DNA of 52,233 nucleotides, taken from Acidimicrobiia bacterium. GTDB taxonomy: Bacteria > Actinomycetota > Acidimicrobiia > Spongiisociales > JAHEDJ01. The DNA lies in contig JARGFH010000024.1 in NCBI GenBank assembly GCA_029210695.1, forward strand, positions 1 to 52,233, given 5' to 3'. The translations under genes were made by a program, and so were the position numbers. Of this stretch, positions 17,766 through 27,127 are shown one piece after another (the stretch's first letter is position 1; each line of letters opens with the position of its first letter). The notes under the pieces were generated by a model. It saw nothing but the letters and a program-made list of their open reading frames with translations, ran no database searches and was not told the origin of the DNA.

Positions 17766-18329
17766 TCACCAGCCTTCGACGGGCCGGGGCGAACGCATGT
17801 CCTCGGTCGTCTCCTCGATATCGAAGAAGGCAGGGTCGAAGTCGAGCGGCGCCCACTCGCGCAGCTCCTCGTGCTCGGCATGGTCGGGGTTGACCAGCGC
17901 ATCCAGCAGATCTGCATATCCCCACGGACCACCACAGTCCTCGGGTGGACATGCTCGCCGACCGGCCAGGCACAGCGGGTACTCGACTCCACGCTCGGGA
18001 ATGCTGATCGCTTCGACCAGCACGTCGTGCTCCCATCCATCCCCGAAGTCGTATTCCCACCGCATCTTCATCCCGACCTTGGGAAGCACCTCGCCGAGCC
18101 GGAACCGGTTCTCGTCGAGATCGTCCATCCCCCAATCAGGGTCCGGCGTCCCGTACCGGGTGCCACCGACGTCGAAGACGTGAAGGTGGCCGCCCAGCCA
18201 CCCCATCGCCGCCTCCAACACCGGAGCCAACTCCCCCAGGGTCAGATCCGACTCCACGATGATCCGCCGCCACACCGGCGGCTTCACCTGACGGAGCGTC
18301 ACCTTCAACTGATGGACGGTCCTCGTCAC
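17766..18329 (-). CDS. Plasmid pRiA4b ORF-3 family protein
   Basis: QLKVTL...PPVWRRI, YDFGDGWEH, ACPPEDCGGPWGY motifs. Confidence 0.9.
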   Translation of the reverse strand: MTRTVHQLKVTLRQVKPPVWRRIIVESDLTLGELAPVLEAAMGWLGGHLHVFDVGGTRYGTPDPDWGMDDLDENRFRLGEVLPKVGMKMRWEYDFGDGWEHDVLVEAISIPERGVEYPLCLAGRRACPPEDCGGPWGYADLLDALVNPDHAEHEELREWAPLDFDPAFFDIEETTEDMRSPRPVEGW

Positions 18330-19564
18330 GACGCCTCCTCCGCGATACTTTCGGCAACATCGAGTTCGCCGGTCACGGCGGCGGTGATGAGCGCCTGCCG
18401 GCGCTCGGCCAGGAGGCCGAGTTGATTTTCAAGGAGACCCCAAACCGCGGCTCGAGCCGTTGCCTCTGATTCGATCCGGTCGGCGGCTTGTCGTTGGACC
18501 TCCACCCTGGGAGCAGGAACGCGAATACTCAGCATCACGTCATTCATCAGTTTGGGGTTGATGTCCTGTCGGACAAACCATCGGGTCGCCACTGATAGAG
18601 CGTGGCGCATAAAACGATAGTCCAGATCCTCGCTAGCTTGGAGAGTGCCGCACACGTTCGTGCAATTGAACTTTCCCGTGCGGTGAAAGACTGTGCCAGC
18701 ATTCGCTCCGTCCGTCGTCCATGTCAGGTATTCACCGTCAAAGTCGAAACTATCGATCGAACCCATACGACCGTCGTTAGCGGTCTGCGAGCTGTAGACC
18801 GGGTAGGGACCAGGGTTCGCGGCAATTTCCTCGTGGCTAAGGACGCGGCCACGTCCGCTGCGGAAAAGGGTCCACACGGTCCGGACTGGCCAATGGTCTG
18901 GAAGCTCACCAAACCCTGGCGGAACGTCAAGGGTCCACCGAACGGAAGAACCGAGCCACCTGCCTGAGACTGTATCAAGGACAAGACGCTCCCAGCGCTC
19001 TTCGAGCAGTTCGATCATCCGACGCTTTTTGGCGATGAGGGCGTCGATTCGGGCTGTCTCGGCGTCGAGGAAGTCGGCGATCGCCCGTTGGGCATGCAGC
19101 GGTGGTGCAGGAAGCTCAACGGACCCGATCACATCGAGTCTGAGTCCGAACCGGGTCACACCCGTTGCTCCGGCGGAAAGCTGCTTGCGGGCAACATCGG
19201 AGGACATGGCCCAGAACAGGTAGTGCCCGTCAATCGCGTCAGCTAACGGTCTCAGAACAGCGAGATGATAGCCACACACCATGTCATCAGCAGCTTGATC
19301 CACGAAGGACGCTACGCCGATGTCGTCCGGTGTCTCCGAGTCCTTGGTGATCACCACGTCGCCCTCGTACAGACGAAACGCTGCCGCCTGGCCCGCTGAG
19401 GCCGATGCGCTCATGAGTCCCATGTCCGGCGACAGCCGATCGTGGTAGTAGACATCCGTGTAGTTGACAAGCCGAACCGGGATCTCGTCGTTCGCTGCCT
19501 TCTTGTCCACGTTGCTGACGCGAATGGCTGCGAGGTGCTTGAGGCGCCTTCGCTGCCAGGTCAC
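18326..19564 (-). CDS. hsdS: Type I R-M specificity subunit
   Basis: GTGA coupling with hsdM; two TRDs with PP...Q.AIADFLD..TARID and ERRQALITAAVTGELDV conserved regions. Confidence 0.92.
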   Translation of the reverse strand: MTWQRRRLKHLAAIRVSNVDKKAANDEIPVRLVNYTDVYYHDRLSPDMGLMSASASAGQAAAFRLYEGDVVITKDSETPDDIGVASFVDQAADDMVCGYHLAVLRPLADAIDGHYLFWAMSSDVARKQLSAGATGVTRFGLRLDVIGSVELPAPPLHAQRAIADFLDAETARIDALIAKKRRMIELLEERWERLVLDTVSGRWLGSSVRWTLDVPPGFGELPDHWPVRTVWTLFRSGRGRVLSHEEIAANPGPYPVYSSQTANDGRMGSIDSFDFDGEYLTWTTDGANAGTVFHRTGKFNCTNVCGTLQASEDLDYRFMRHALSVATRWFVRQDINPKLMNDVMLSIRVPAPRVEVQRQAADRIESEATARAAVWGLLENQLGLLAERRQALITAAVTGELDVAESIAEEAS

Positions 19565-21339
19565 TCCGTCACCTCGGCCAACAACTCCTGGATCTCCTTC
19601 TCCAGCGCTTTGATCTCTGCGTCGATCTCCTCCAGTGGTCTTGGTGGCTGGTACCGGTAGAAGTGGCGGGTGAGGGGGATCTCGTAGCCGATCTTGGTCT
19701 TGGCGTGATCGACCCAGGCGTCGGGGACGAATGGCAGCACCTCGGCTTCCATGTACGCGGCGATCGCCTTCCGATACTCCGGCGTGGCCATGCGTTCGGT
19801 GGGGTCGGGCTCGTACGAGACCTTGCCGTTGGGGAGAGGAACGTTCTCGTTGTCCCTCAGGCTTGGGTCGGACTTCGGCTGTCCCTTCGAGTCGACCTCG
19901 CCGTCGAGCGGACGTTCGACGGCTATGCGGAGGAACCCGAACGCTTCGTTGGGGAGGATCTTGACCTGGTCGCTCTCCTCGAAGTCGCCGTAGAGGCGCA
20001 CGATCTCGGCGATCTGTTCGTCGGAGAGCTGCTTGCGCTTCTCGCCGAGGCTCTTGCGCATCTTGGTCCACAGCTCCCGAGCGTCGACGAGTTGGACCTT
20101 GCCCCGCCGTTCTGGGGCCTTGCGGTTGGTGACGATCCAGAAGTAGGTGGAGATCCCGGTGTTGTAGAACAACTGGTCGGGCAGGGCGACCACCGCTTCC
20201 AACCAGTCGTTTTCGATGATCCACCGCCGGATCTCCGAGGGGCCGGATTGGGCGGCGCCGGTGAACAGGGGTGAGCCGTTGAAGACGATCGCCAGCCGGG
20301 ACCCACCTTCCGACGCCGGCTTCATCTTGGAGATCATGTGCTGGATGAAGAGCAGGCTGCCGTCGTTGATCGGCGGCAGCCCCGCTCCGAACCGTCCCGC
20401 GAAGCCTCTGGTCTGGTGTTCGCCCTTGATCTCCTTCTGCACCTTCTTCCACTCGACGCCGAAGGGCGGGTTAGCTAGTAGGTAGTCGAAGTGGCGCCCC
20501 TGGTGACCGTCCTCCGAGAAGGAGTTTCCGTAGACGATGTTGGAGGCGTCCTGGCCTTTCAGCATCATGTCGGATCGGCAGACGGCGTAGGTCTCGGCGT
20601 TGAGTTCCTGGCCGAACACCTTCAGCGTTGCCTGCGGATTGTGGCGGCGCAGGTAGTCCTCGGCAACCGAGAGCATCCCGCCGGTGCCGCAGGCGGGGTC
20701 GAAGATGGTCTTGACCACACCGGGCTTCGACAGGAGCTTGTCGTCTTCGATGAACAGCAGGCTCACCATGAGGCGGATCACTTCGCGGGGGGTGAAGTGC
20801 TCACCGGCGGTCTCGTTGGAGAGCTCGGAGAATCGGCGGATCAGCTCCTCGTAGAGGTAGCCCATCTCGATGTTGGAGACCTTGTCAGGGTGGAGGTCGA
20901 TCTCGGCGAACTTGGAGACGACCAGGTAGAGGAGGTTGGCCTTATCGAGTCGGGTGATCTGGGCGGCGAGATCGAACTTGTCGATGATGTCGCGGATCTC
21001 GGGCGAGAATCCGTGGATGTATGCGCGAAGGTTGTCGGCAATGTGGTCGGGGTCGTCCAACAGCCTGGGGAAGTCGAACGGGGAGATGTTCCACAGATCC
21101 CTGATGTCGGTGAGCTTGTCGAGGAGCGGACCGAAGTTGCCTACCTTGCCCTTCACCTGCTCATGCTTTGCGAGCATCGCCGCCTTCACGGGATCGAGCA
21201 CGCAGTCGAGCCGGCGCAGCACCGTGAGCGGAAGGATCACCCGGCCGTACTCGGATTGCTTGTAGTCGCCGCGCAGTAGGTCGGCCACCGACCAGATGAA
21301 ACCGGCGTGGTTATTGATCTGTTCGCTCGCCTCGGCCAT
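19561..21339 (-). CDS. hsdM: Type I R-M methyltransferase subunit (N6-adenine)
   Basis: IWSVADLLRG, GEHFTPREV, DPACGTGGML, NPPF, KIGYEIP motifs. Confidence 0.95.
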   Translation of the reverse strand: MAEASEQINNHAGFIWSVADLLRGDYKQSEYGRVILPLTVLRRLDCVLDPVKAAMLAKHEQVKGKVGNFGPLLDKLTDIRDLWNISPFDFPRLLDDPDHIADNLRAYIHGFSPEIRDIIDKFDLAAQITRLDKANLLYLVVSKFAEIDLHPDKVSNIEMGYLYEELIRRFSELSNETAGEHFTPREVIRLMVSLLFIEDDKLLSKPGVVKTIFDPACGTGGMLSVAEDYLRRHNPQATLKVFGQELNAETYAVCRSDMMLKGQDASNIVYGNSFSEDGHQGRHFDYLLANPPFGVEWKKVQKEIKGEHQTRGFAGRFGAGLPPINDGSLLFIQHMISKMKPASEGGSRLAIVFNGSPLFTGAAQSGPSEIRRWIIENDWLEAVVALPDQLFYNTGISTYFWIVTNRKAPERRGKVQLVDARELWTKMRKSLGEKRKQLSDEQIAEIVRLYGDFEESDQVKILPNEAFGFLRIAVERPLDGEVDSKGQPKSDPSLRDNENVPLPNGKVSYEPDPTERMATPEYRKAIAAYMEAEVLPFVPDAWVDHAKTKIGYEIPLTRHFYRYQPPRPLEEIDAEIKALEKEIQELLAEVTE

Positions 21340-21437
21340 GGAACCCCTATTGTTTTCGCGACCATCACGATAGAGGATGGTGCAACCTCACTGACTTCGG
21401 ACAGGTAATGCACTCGGCCGGAGGCGATGGCGGGGCA

Positions 21438-24131
21438 TCAGTCGATGACCAGACCGAGGCCACGTGCAGCGGTGCGTCCCGCCTCTCGGGTCCGTGCTCG
21501 GCGTTCGTCGATGAGCCTCCAGACATGGCGCTCGAGTCGGTCGAGTTCATCTTCTTCACCCGGTTCGAGGTGGTTCAGCTGCCGAGAGGGGCGTGGGCCA
21601 AGCTTCGCTCTCCGAGCGACCGCCGGTTGGTCGATCCAGTCGCGGGTGAGGGCCTGGGTGAGCACATCGTGGGCGGTCTGGTTGTCTTCGACGACGACGT
21701 AGGCATGATTGCTGTCTCGTCCTCGGGTCATGGGCGTGTAGACACCGCGGATGTCGGTTGGGGTGTCCACCAGGAGGAGGGCGGTGTCAACGGTTCGTCC
21801 TTGGGTGGCGTGGCTGGTCTGGGCGTAGCCGAGTTCGAGATCCCCGGCCACGTACTCGGCTGGGAGCTGGATTGTGCCTGTGCGGCCGGTGAGGGTGACG
21901 CTGTGATCACGATGGACTTCAGTGACGGTCCAGTGATCGCGATTCTTGACCATGAGCCCTTGATCGGTGCGCAGTGTTCGGTCGTTGCGGCGGGTGACCA
22001 CCTCATCGCCGACCAGTATCCACTCGTCGCCGACTCGCATCGAGGGTGCGCCGGTGTCGAGCTCCCTGGTCATGATGCGGGTGTGTTGGGCGAGCCCATT
22101 GAGCCGGGCGACGGTGTCGGTGCTGTTGGCCATCAGCGCAACGGTCTCGCCCCGGTGGCGGGCCTGTTCCCACGCGGCGATGATGTCGGTCTCCACCTGT
22201 TTGAGGGTGCCGCCGTGGAGGCGCCCCCGCGCCTCGTATTCGGCGAGCACGCCCGGGTCTCCGGCACGGAGACGCAAGCTGGCTTGTCTCTCCCAATGGT
22301 GACGGAAGCGGTGGACCCGGTCGAGTTCCACTGCCCCCAGGCTGTCGACGAGGTGGCCGAACATGCCACCTCGTCCCACCGCTGAGAACTGGCGAGGGTC
22401 CCCAACCAACACGACCCGCCAGCCCTGTTGGTCGGCGAGCCGGGCGAGCTCGGCCAGCTTGGGAGTGGCTGCGGTTCCGGCTTCGTCGACGATCACCGTG
22501 CTTCCGGCCGGGAGGTCGTAGCCAGGTTGGGGTGGCCGGGTCGGATCACGATGCTCGATGAGCAGCTTGTCGATCGTGTCGGATGACATCGCGGTCTCGG
22601 TGGCCAACACTTCGGCCGCGGCTGCGGTCGGTGCCACCCCGAAAGCCAGACGGCCCTGGGCGGCGAGGTTGAGCACTGCGGCGGCGAGCATGGTGGTTTT
22701 GCCGGTGCCGGCAGGGCCGACGATGAGCTCCAAACCGGCATCGCCGGCGACGGCGGCTACGGCTGTCTCCTGTGCTGGTGTGAGGTCCCCGACGAAGCGG
22801 GCAGGGCGCGGTCGCGTCCTGGTCGCACCTTGGTTTTTCCGGAGTTGAGCCCAGGCGATCAGCTGTTCTTCCTCGTCGAGGATGGCCCTGGTGGTGAGCG
22901 CCCGATCTGCCGCGGATTCGGTGATAGGTCTGCCGTCGCGTCGAAGCGCCATTCCGGTCGGCACGGGTCGAGAGATGTCCACACAGCGGGCCGGGGCCGC
23001 CTGGTCGGCGAGTCGCTGCAGGAACTCAGTCAGCTGCTCGGAGTCGACGGCGACGGTGGTGGGCACGGCCCCGGCCAGTTCTCGGACCAGTTCGGCTGGC
23101 CGCCACGTCGACTGGCGCTCAGCCAGCGAGACCAACGCGTTTTCGGCCAGCAGGACGGCCGCTTCGGAGTCGATACCCTCGAGACGGTGCTGGTGGCCGA
23201 CCACGCCCTCGACCAGCCTCTCCGGGTCGTGACCCAACCCCCGGACCCGCTCCTGCCATTCTCGGCGCAACTCGGCCGGGGTGGGGCCATGAGGTTTGGC
23301 GGGCCGGCTGTCCACGGCTGCCTCCCGCTCCAACTTCCAGCGCTCGCAGGCGGTCGGGTCTCTCCCCAAATCCGTGCGAAACCGGCCGAGCTTCTCATCC
23401 AAGCGGCGTTGCACATCGTTGGTGCGTTGGGACAACTCGGCCAGCACGTCGGCATCGAAGTCGGAGATCTCGGCGATGCCGTGCTCGGGTGGCTGCCAGC
23501 GGACGCCGAGGCGGCGGGTCAGCTCTGCTCGCAGGTTGGCGTGATACAGCGCCGAAAGGGTGCGTTGGTCGAGCTTGATGGTGCGGGCGTCCAGGGCCAG
23601 CCAGCGGCCGTCGGCTGCCATAACCCGGTTGGCGATCACCGCGTGGGTGTGCAGCTGGGGGTCGAGCTTGCGGCTGGTGTGCTGTCGAAACACCCCGACC
23701 ACAACCCCCTCGGCATCCACGCACATGATGTGGCCCTGGACGCGCATCCGGGTGTGGGCGTGGGCCTCGATCCAGCCCAGCACCGCCTGCACCGCACACT
23801 CGTGGGCTTCGACCACCTGCTCGCGCACGTCCGGATCGCCGAGCCCGAACAGGACCGACACCGACTTGGGCGCCGAAAACGTGGCGTCGTACCCCCGCAC
23901 CGACCCGTCCCCGAACCGGCGCCCCAGATCCCGTTCGGTCGTCGGATCGTGTCCGGCCATCACCGCCAGGAAGGCATCCGAGTCGACCACGCCCTGGAGG
24001 CCTAGGCGATCCGCGCCCTGGCCCCACCAGCGGCCCGGAGGCTCCTCATCACTGAGGTAGTAGGAGGGCAGGTGCTCGGTGTAGTACCGGCCCGCCCCCG
24101 CGCCCTTCAACGTGGTCACCCGCACCGTCAC
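21438..24131 (-). CDS. MOBF (TrwC-like) relaxase fused to RecD-like helicase
   Basis: N-terminal YY, DATFSAPKSVS, HTSR..DPQLHTH, GPAGTGKT, VDEAG, VGD..Q, YAQTSHATQG. Confidence 0.92.
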   Translation of the reverse strand: MTVRVTTLKGAGAGRYYTEHLPSYYLSDEEPPGRWWGQGADRLGLQGVVDSDAFLAVMAGHDPTTERDLGRRFGDGSVRGYDATFSAPKSVSVLFGLGDPDVREQVVEAHECAVQAVLGWIEAHAHTRMRVQGHIMCVDAEGVVVGVFRQHTSRKLDPQLHTHAVIANRVMAADGRWLALDARTIKLDQRTLSALYHANLRAELTRRLGVRWQPPEHGIAEISDFDADVLAELSQRTNDVQRRLDEKLGRFRTDLGRDPTACERWKLEREAAVDSRPAKPHGPTPAELRREWQERVRGLGHDPERLVEGVVGHQHRLEGIDSEAAVLLAENALVSLAERQSTWRPAELVRELAGAVPTTVAVDSEQLTEFLQRLADQAAPARCVDISRPVPTGMALRRDGRPITESAADRALTTRAILDEEEQLIAWAQLRKNQGATRTRPRPARFVGDLTPAQETAVAAVAGDAGLELIVGPAGTGKTTMLAAAVLNLAAQGRLAFGVAPTAAAAEVLATETAMSSDTIDKLLIEHRDPTRPPQPGYDLPAGSTVIVDEAGTAATPKLAELARLADQQGWRVVLVGDPRQFSAVGRGGMFGHLVDSLGAVELDRVHRFRHHWERQASLRLRAGDPGVLAEYEARGRLHGGTLKQVETDIIAAWEQARHRGETVALMANSTDTVARLNGLAQHTRIMTRELDTGAPSMRVGDEWILVGDEVVTRRNDRTLRTDQGLMVKNRDHWTVTEVHRDHSVTLTGRTGTIQLPAEYVAGDLELGYAQTSHATQGRTVDTALLLVDTPTDIRGVYTPMTRGRDSNHAYVVVEDNQTAHDVLTQALTRDWIDQPAVARRAKLGPRPSRQLNHLEPGEEDELDRLERHVWRLIDERRARTREAGRTAARGLGLVID

Positions 24132-24224
24132 GACAGGCCTCCACTTACCGTGTCACCGCAGGTGTGCACCCGTCTGTCCTGAAAAGCTTGGGATCGTGGC
24201 TGGGTGGACATGGGATCTCCGTCC

Positions 24225-24596
24225 TCAGGTGGACCTGGGCTGCGAGTCGAAAAAGTCGAGCTGGCTGGCGGTGCGGTTCTGGCGACGACTGTTTCGTGGG
24301 GTCGCCTCGGCGGGTTTGGTGGCCGGTGGCTTCAGTGGTTCGGCCGGCAGTGCGGCGTCCTTGGTTTCCTCGGCTCGGGTGGGACGTTCGACGTCGGTCA
24401 GTTCGGCCCCAATGAGCTCCTCGAGCGCCCGCCGTGGCACCCGCAACACATGACCGAGGTCAACTACCGGCAGACCCGAACGGCCATCGGTCTCCCGCCA
24501 CTCTCTCGCCATCGCATACGCTTTGGTCCGCCCGATCCGCAGCAGCACGGCGGCTTCCTCCACCGTCAGAAGAACTGGAACCCCTTCACCAGACAC
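24225..24596 (-). CDS. Excisionase-like HTH_17 protein
   Basis: LLTVEEAAVLLRIGRTKAY...RVPRRAL. Confidence 0.8.
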   Translation of the reverse strand: MSGEGVPVLLTVEEAAVLLRIGRTKAYAMAREWRETDGRSGLPVVDLGHVLRVPRRALEELIGAELTDVERPTRAEETKDAALPAEPLKPPATKPAEATPRNSRRQNRTASQLDFFDSQPRST

Positions 24597-24691
24597 AAGT
24601 TATACCCTTTGCTCACACTGCTCACAGGTAGTATCATATCAGAATGTTGACGCACTACCACCACAAGTCACAAGTTGTGTATCCTTCGGTG

Positions 24692-25417
24692 ATGACCCCA
24701 CAGCCCAACCCGCCGGCACCCGATGACATCGACCTCAACCAGGTGGTCGCCTACAACATCCGCGAAGCCCGCCAACTCCGCGGGTGGACCCAAGAAGAAC
24801 TCGCCGACCGACTCGAGCGCTACCTCGGCCAGCGGCTCACCCAAGCCGGGGTCTCCTCCATTGAGCGGGCCTGGGACGGGGAACGGCGCCGAGAGTTCGA
24901 TGCCCACGAGCTGCTGATCTTCGCCATGGTTTTCGACCTGCCCATGGTCTGGTTCCTCCTCCCCCCACCCGGCGACCACCGGGCCATGAAATCCACGACC
25001 CGACCCGTCGACGAGCTGTACACCTGGCTCCTCGGACAACCCCAACAGCTCGGGCCGGTCTACGAGCGGCTCCGCCAGCTCGGCATCGCCGACCCCACCG
25101 CAGCCGAAAAGACCGTGGAGAAGATCACCGGCATCACTAGCCCAGCGAAACAGTGGAGCTACCGGGAACGCCGCAAAGAGCTACTCCTCGCCATCCTCGA
25201 CGAACACAGCGACAGCTTCGACAAGAACATCGACGAACTCGGCCGGATCGTCGACCACCTCCGCCAGGTCGGCATCCGAGGGTTCATCGCCGAACACACC
25301 GGCGACGAAGACTTCACCTACATCAAAGGACACAACCCGGCCGTGGAGCCCGAAGCGGACGAAACGACATCAGGCAAGACGAACCAAGACCGTACGTCAG
25401 CGGGAGAAACAGGATGA
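24692..25417 (+). CDS. XRE-family HTH regulator
   Basis: NIREARQLRGWTQEELADRL...VSSIER; divergent from xis; coupled to the integrase fragment. Confidence 0.85.
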   Translation: MTPQPNPPAPDDIDLNQVVAYNIREARQLRGWTQEELADRLERYLGQRLTQAGVSSIERAWDGERRREFDAHELLIFAMVFDLPMVWFLLPPPGDHRAMKSTTRPVDELYTWLLGQPQQLGPVYERLRQLGIADPTAAEKTVEKITGITSPAKQWSYRERRKELLLAILDEHSDSFDKNIDELGRIVDHLRQVGIRGFIAEHTGDEDFTYIKGHNPAVEPEADETTSGKTNQDRTSAGETG

Positions 25418-25698
25418 GAGGACACGTCGCAAAGAAGGGCAACCGCTACTACGCGGTCATCTACGAAGGGATCGACCCGGGGACCGGCAAAGGAAAGCAC
25501 CGCTGGCACGCCGCCGGCTCGACCCGCAAGGAAGCCGAGCGCCTACTGGCCGACCTGGTCAAGCGCCACCACGACGGCGAATACCGGCCACCGGAGAAGA
25601 TCACCCTCGGCGAGTACCTGGAGCGCTGGCTGCCCACCCAGAAGCAGCCAGTTGCGGCCTCCACCCGGACTACTTCTCCCAGACCTTCGACAGCATGA
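25414..25698 (+). pseudogene. Internally deleted tyrosine integrase (arm-binding N-terminus)
   Basis: MRGHVAKKGNRYYAVIY...TRKEAE...TLGEYLERWL, then a jump to LHPDYFSQTFD in another frame; catalytic boxes absent. Confidence 0.75.
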
Positions 25699-25708
25699 GC
25701 AGGCCGGG

Positions 25709-26857
25709 CTAGCCGGAAGGTCGGGTGGAACCTCGTTTGGCGATCTTCTCGGTGACGGTCCGCGCGGATTCGGGGAGGACATGTGCGTAGGTCTTCATCA
25801 GCATGTCGGGACTATGCCCGAGAATGTCGGCTGCTGCTCTGATCTCTCCGATGTCTGAGGCGTGGCGGACCATGTGTGTTGCGGCGGTGTGCCGAAGTCC
25901 ATGCGATGACAGCCGCGGGACATCCGCCTTAGCAACCAGTCGAGCAAAGGTCGTGTCGAAGTTGCGGGGCGACACGACACGGCCAGCCCTTGTCGCTAAG
26001 ACCAGGTCGTTGTCTTCCCACTGAGGCCCGGCGGCCAGCCGTTCCATCGCCTGGAGCCTTCGATGACCAGTCAGGGCGGCGGCTGTCTCGTCGTCGATCG
26101 GGATCGTTCGGCGAGACCGCTCATTCTTGCCGTCGCTCCACTCCGGCCGACCAGCCACGTCGACCACTCCACGTTCAATGCGGACTGCTCCCTTTCTCAG
26201 GCTTACCGCAGCCCATCGCAGGCCGAGAAGCTCGCTTCGTCGAAGGCCGTAAAGCACTGCCAACCGGAGAGGCCCTTCCCAGCGGTGTCCCCTGATTGTC
26301 TGGAGGAAACGCTGAATCTGGGATTCAGTCCACACCTCAGTGTCTCGTTCGGGAGCAGGTTTGGACACTTGTCGTGGCATTGCCACACGAGCAGCTGGAT
26401 TGCGACGAAGCTCTCCCATGGCCACCGCGTCGTCGAGGGCAGCTCGCAACACCATTCGGATGATCTGGATGCTGCGACGCGAAAACCGACCTTCTGCCGC
26501 GAGACCCTCAAGCCATCGCGCGATGTCGTCTCTTTCAAGGTTGTCGGCACGGATCCCACCCAGGCCGGTCTTGATGTGGCCAGCCGCCCATTGGTACTGC
26601 TGCCGTGTCTTGTTCGACACGTCGATCTTGCCGGCTACCCACCGATCTACGAGGCGAGCAACGGTCCCCCGATCAGACGCGATGTCGCCTGACGCTGCGA
26701 AAGATGTGGCTGCCGATTGCGCTGCGCGGCGGGACCTGAAGGTGCCGAGCTGTCGTGGTTGACGTCGTCCGGTCTCAGTGTCGATGCCAGGAACGCGCAC
26801 AACCCATCGTTCGCGCTGCTTTTGGACGGTTGGGTGGCCCGTCTGTTTCCAATGCAT
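25709..26857 (-). CDS. Tyrosine recombinase/integrase, intact
   Basis: GLRRSE, K, HGLRH, LGH, TYAH catalytic residues; adjacent to the tRNA-Arg 3' end. Confidence 0.92.
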   Translation of the reverse strand: MHWKQTGHPTVQKQRERWVVRVPGIDTETGRRQPRQLGTFRSRRAAQSAATSFAASGDIASDRGTVARLVDRWVAGKIDVSNKTRQQYQWAAGHIKTGLGGIRADNLERDDIARWLEGLAAEGRFSRRSIQIIRMVLRAALDDAVAMGELRRNPAARVAMPRQVSKPAPERDTEVWTESQIQRFLQTIRGHRWEGPLRLAVLYGLRRSELLGLRWAAVSLRKGAVRIERGVVDVAGRPEWSDGKNERSRRTIPIDDETAAALTGHRRLQAMERLAAGPQWEDNDLVLATRAGRVVSPRNFDTTFARLVAKADVPRLSSHGLRHTAATHMVRHASDIGEIRAAADILGHSPDMLMKTYAHVLPESARTVTEKIAKRGSTRPSG

Positions 26858-26966
26858 CAGCCGACTTTACATACATTCGACATACATCGCTAGTGCGAAG
26901 GCAAGATAGCCCCGCTCGAAGCGGGGCCATCTTATGGCATTTCCCCTGGTAGAAGCCAGATTTGCC

Positions 26967-27044
<78 letters not shown>

Positions 27045-27127
27045 TGGTATCGACCCAAAGGTAGTCGCCGGCAGAAGGTTCGGAAAGCCCGTATAGGCTC
27101 CACGACACCAATGACGAAGGGCAGGCC

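Larger units (their letters stand above)
9771..25698. mobile_element. Integrative mobilizable element (relaxase + xis + XRE + deleted integrase) with defence cargo
   Basis: Starts at the tRNA-fMet att fragment; contains MOBF relaxase, excisionase, regulator and integrase fragment; no T4SS genes seen. Confidence 0.7.

Noticed and set aside
24132..24224. oriT upstream of the relaxase
   Set aside because: Plausible location, but no recognisable nic/inverted-repeat signature.
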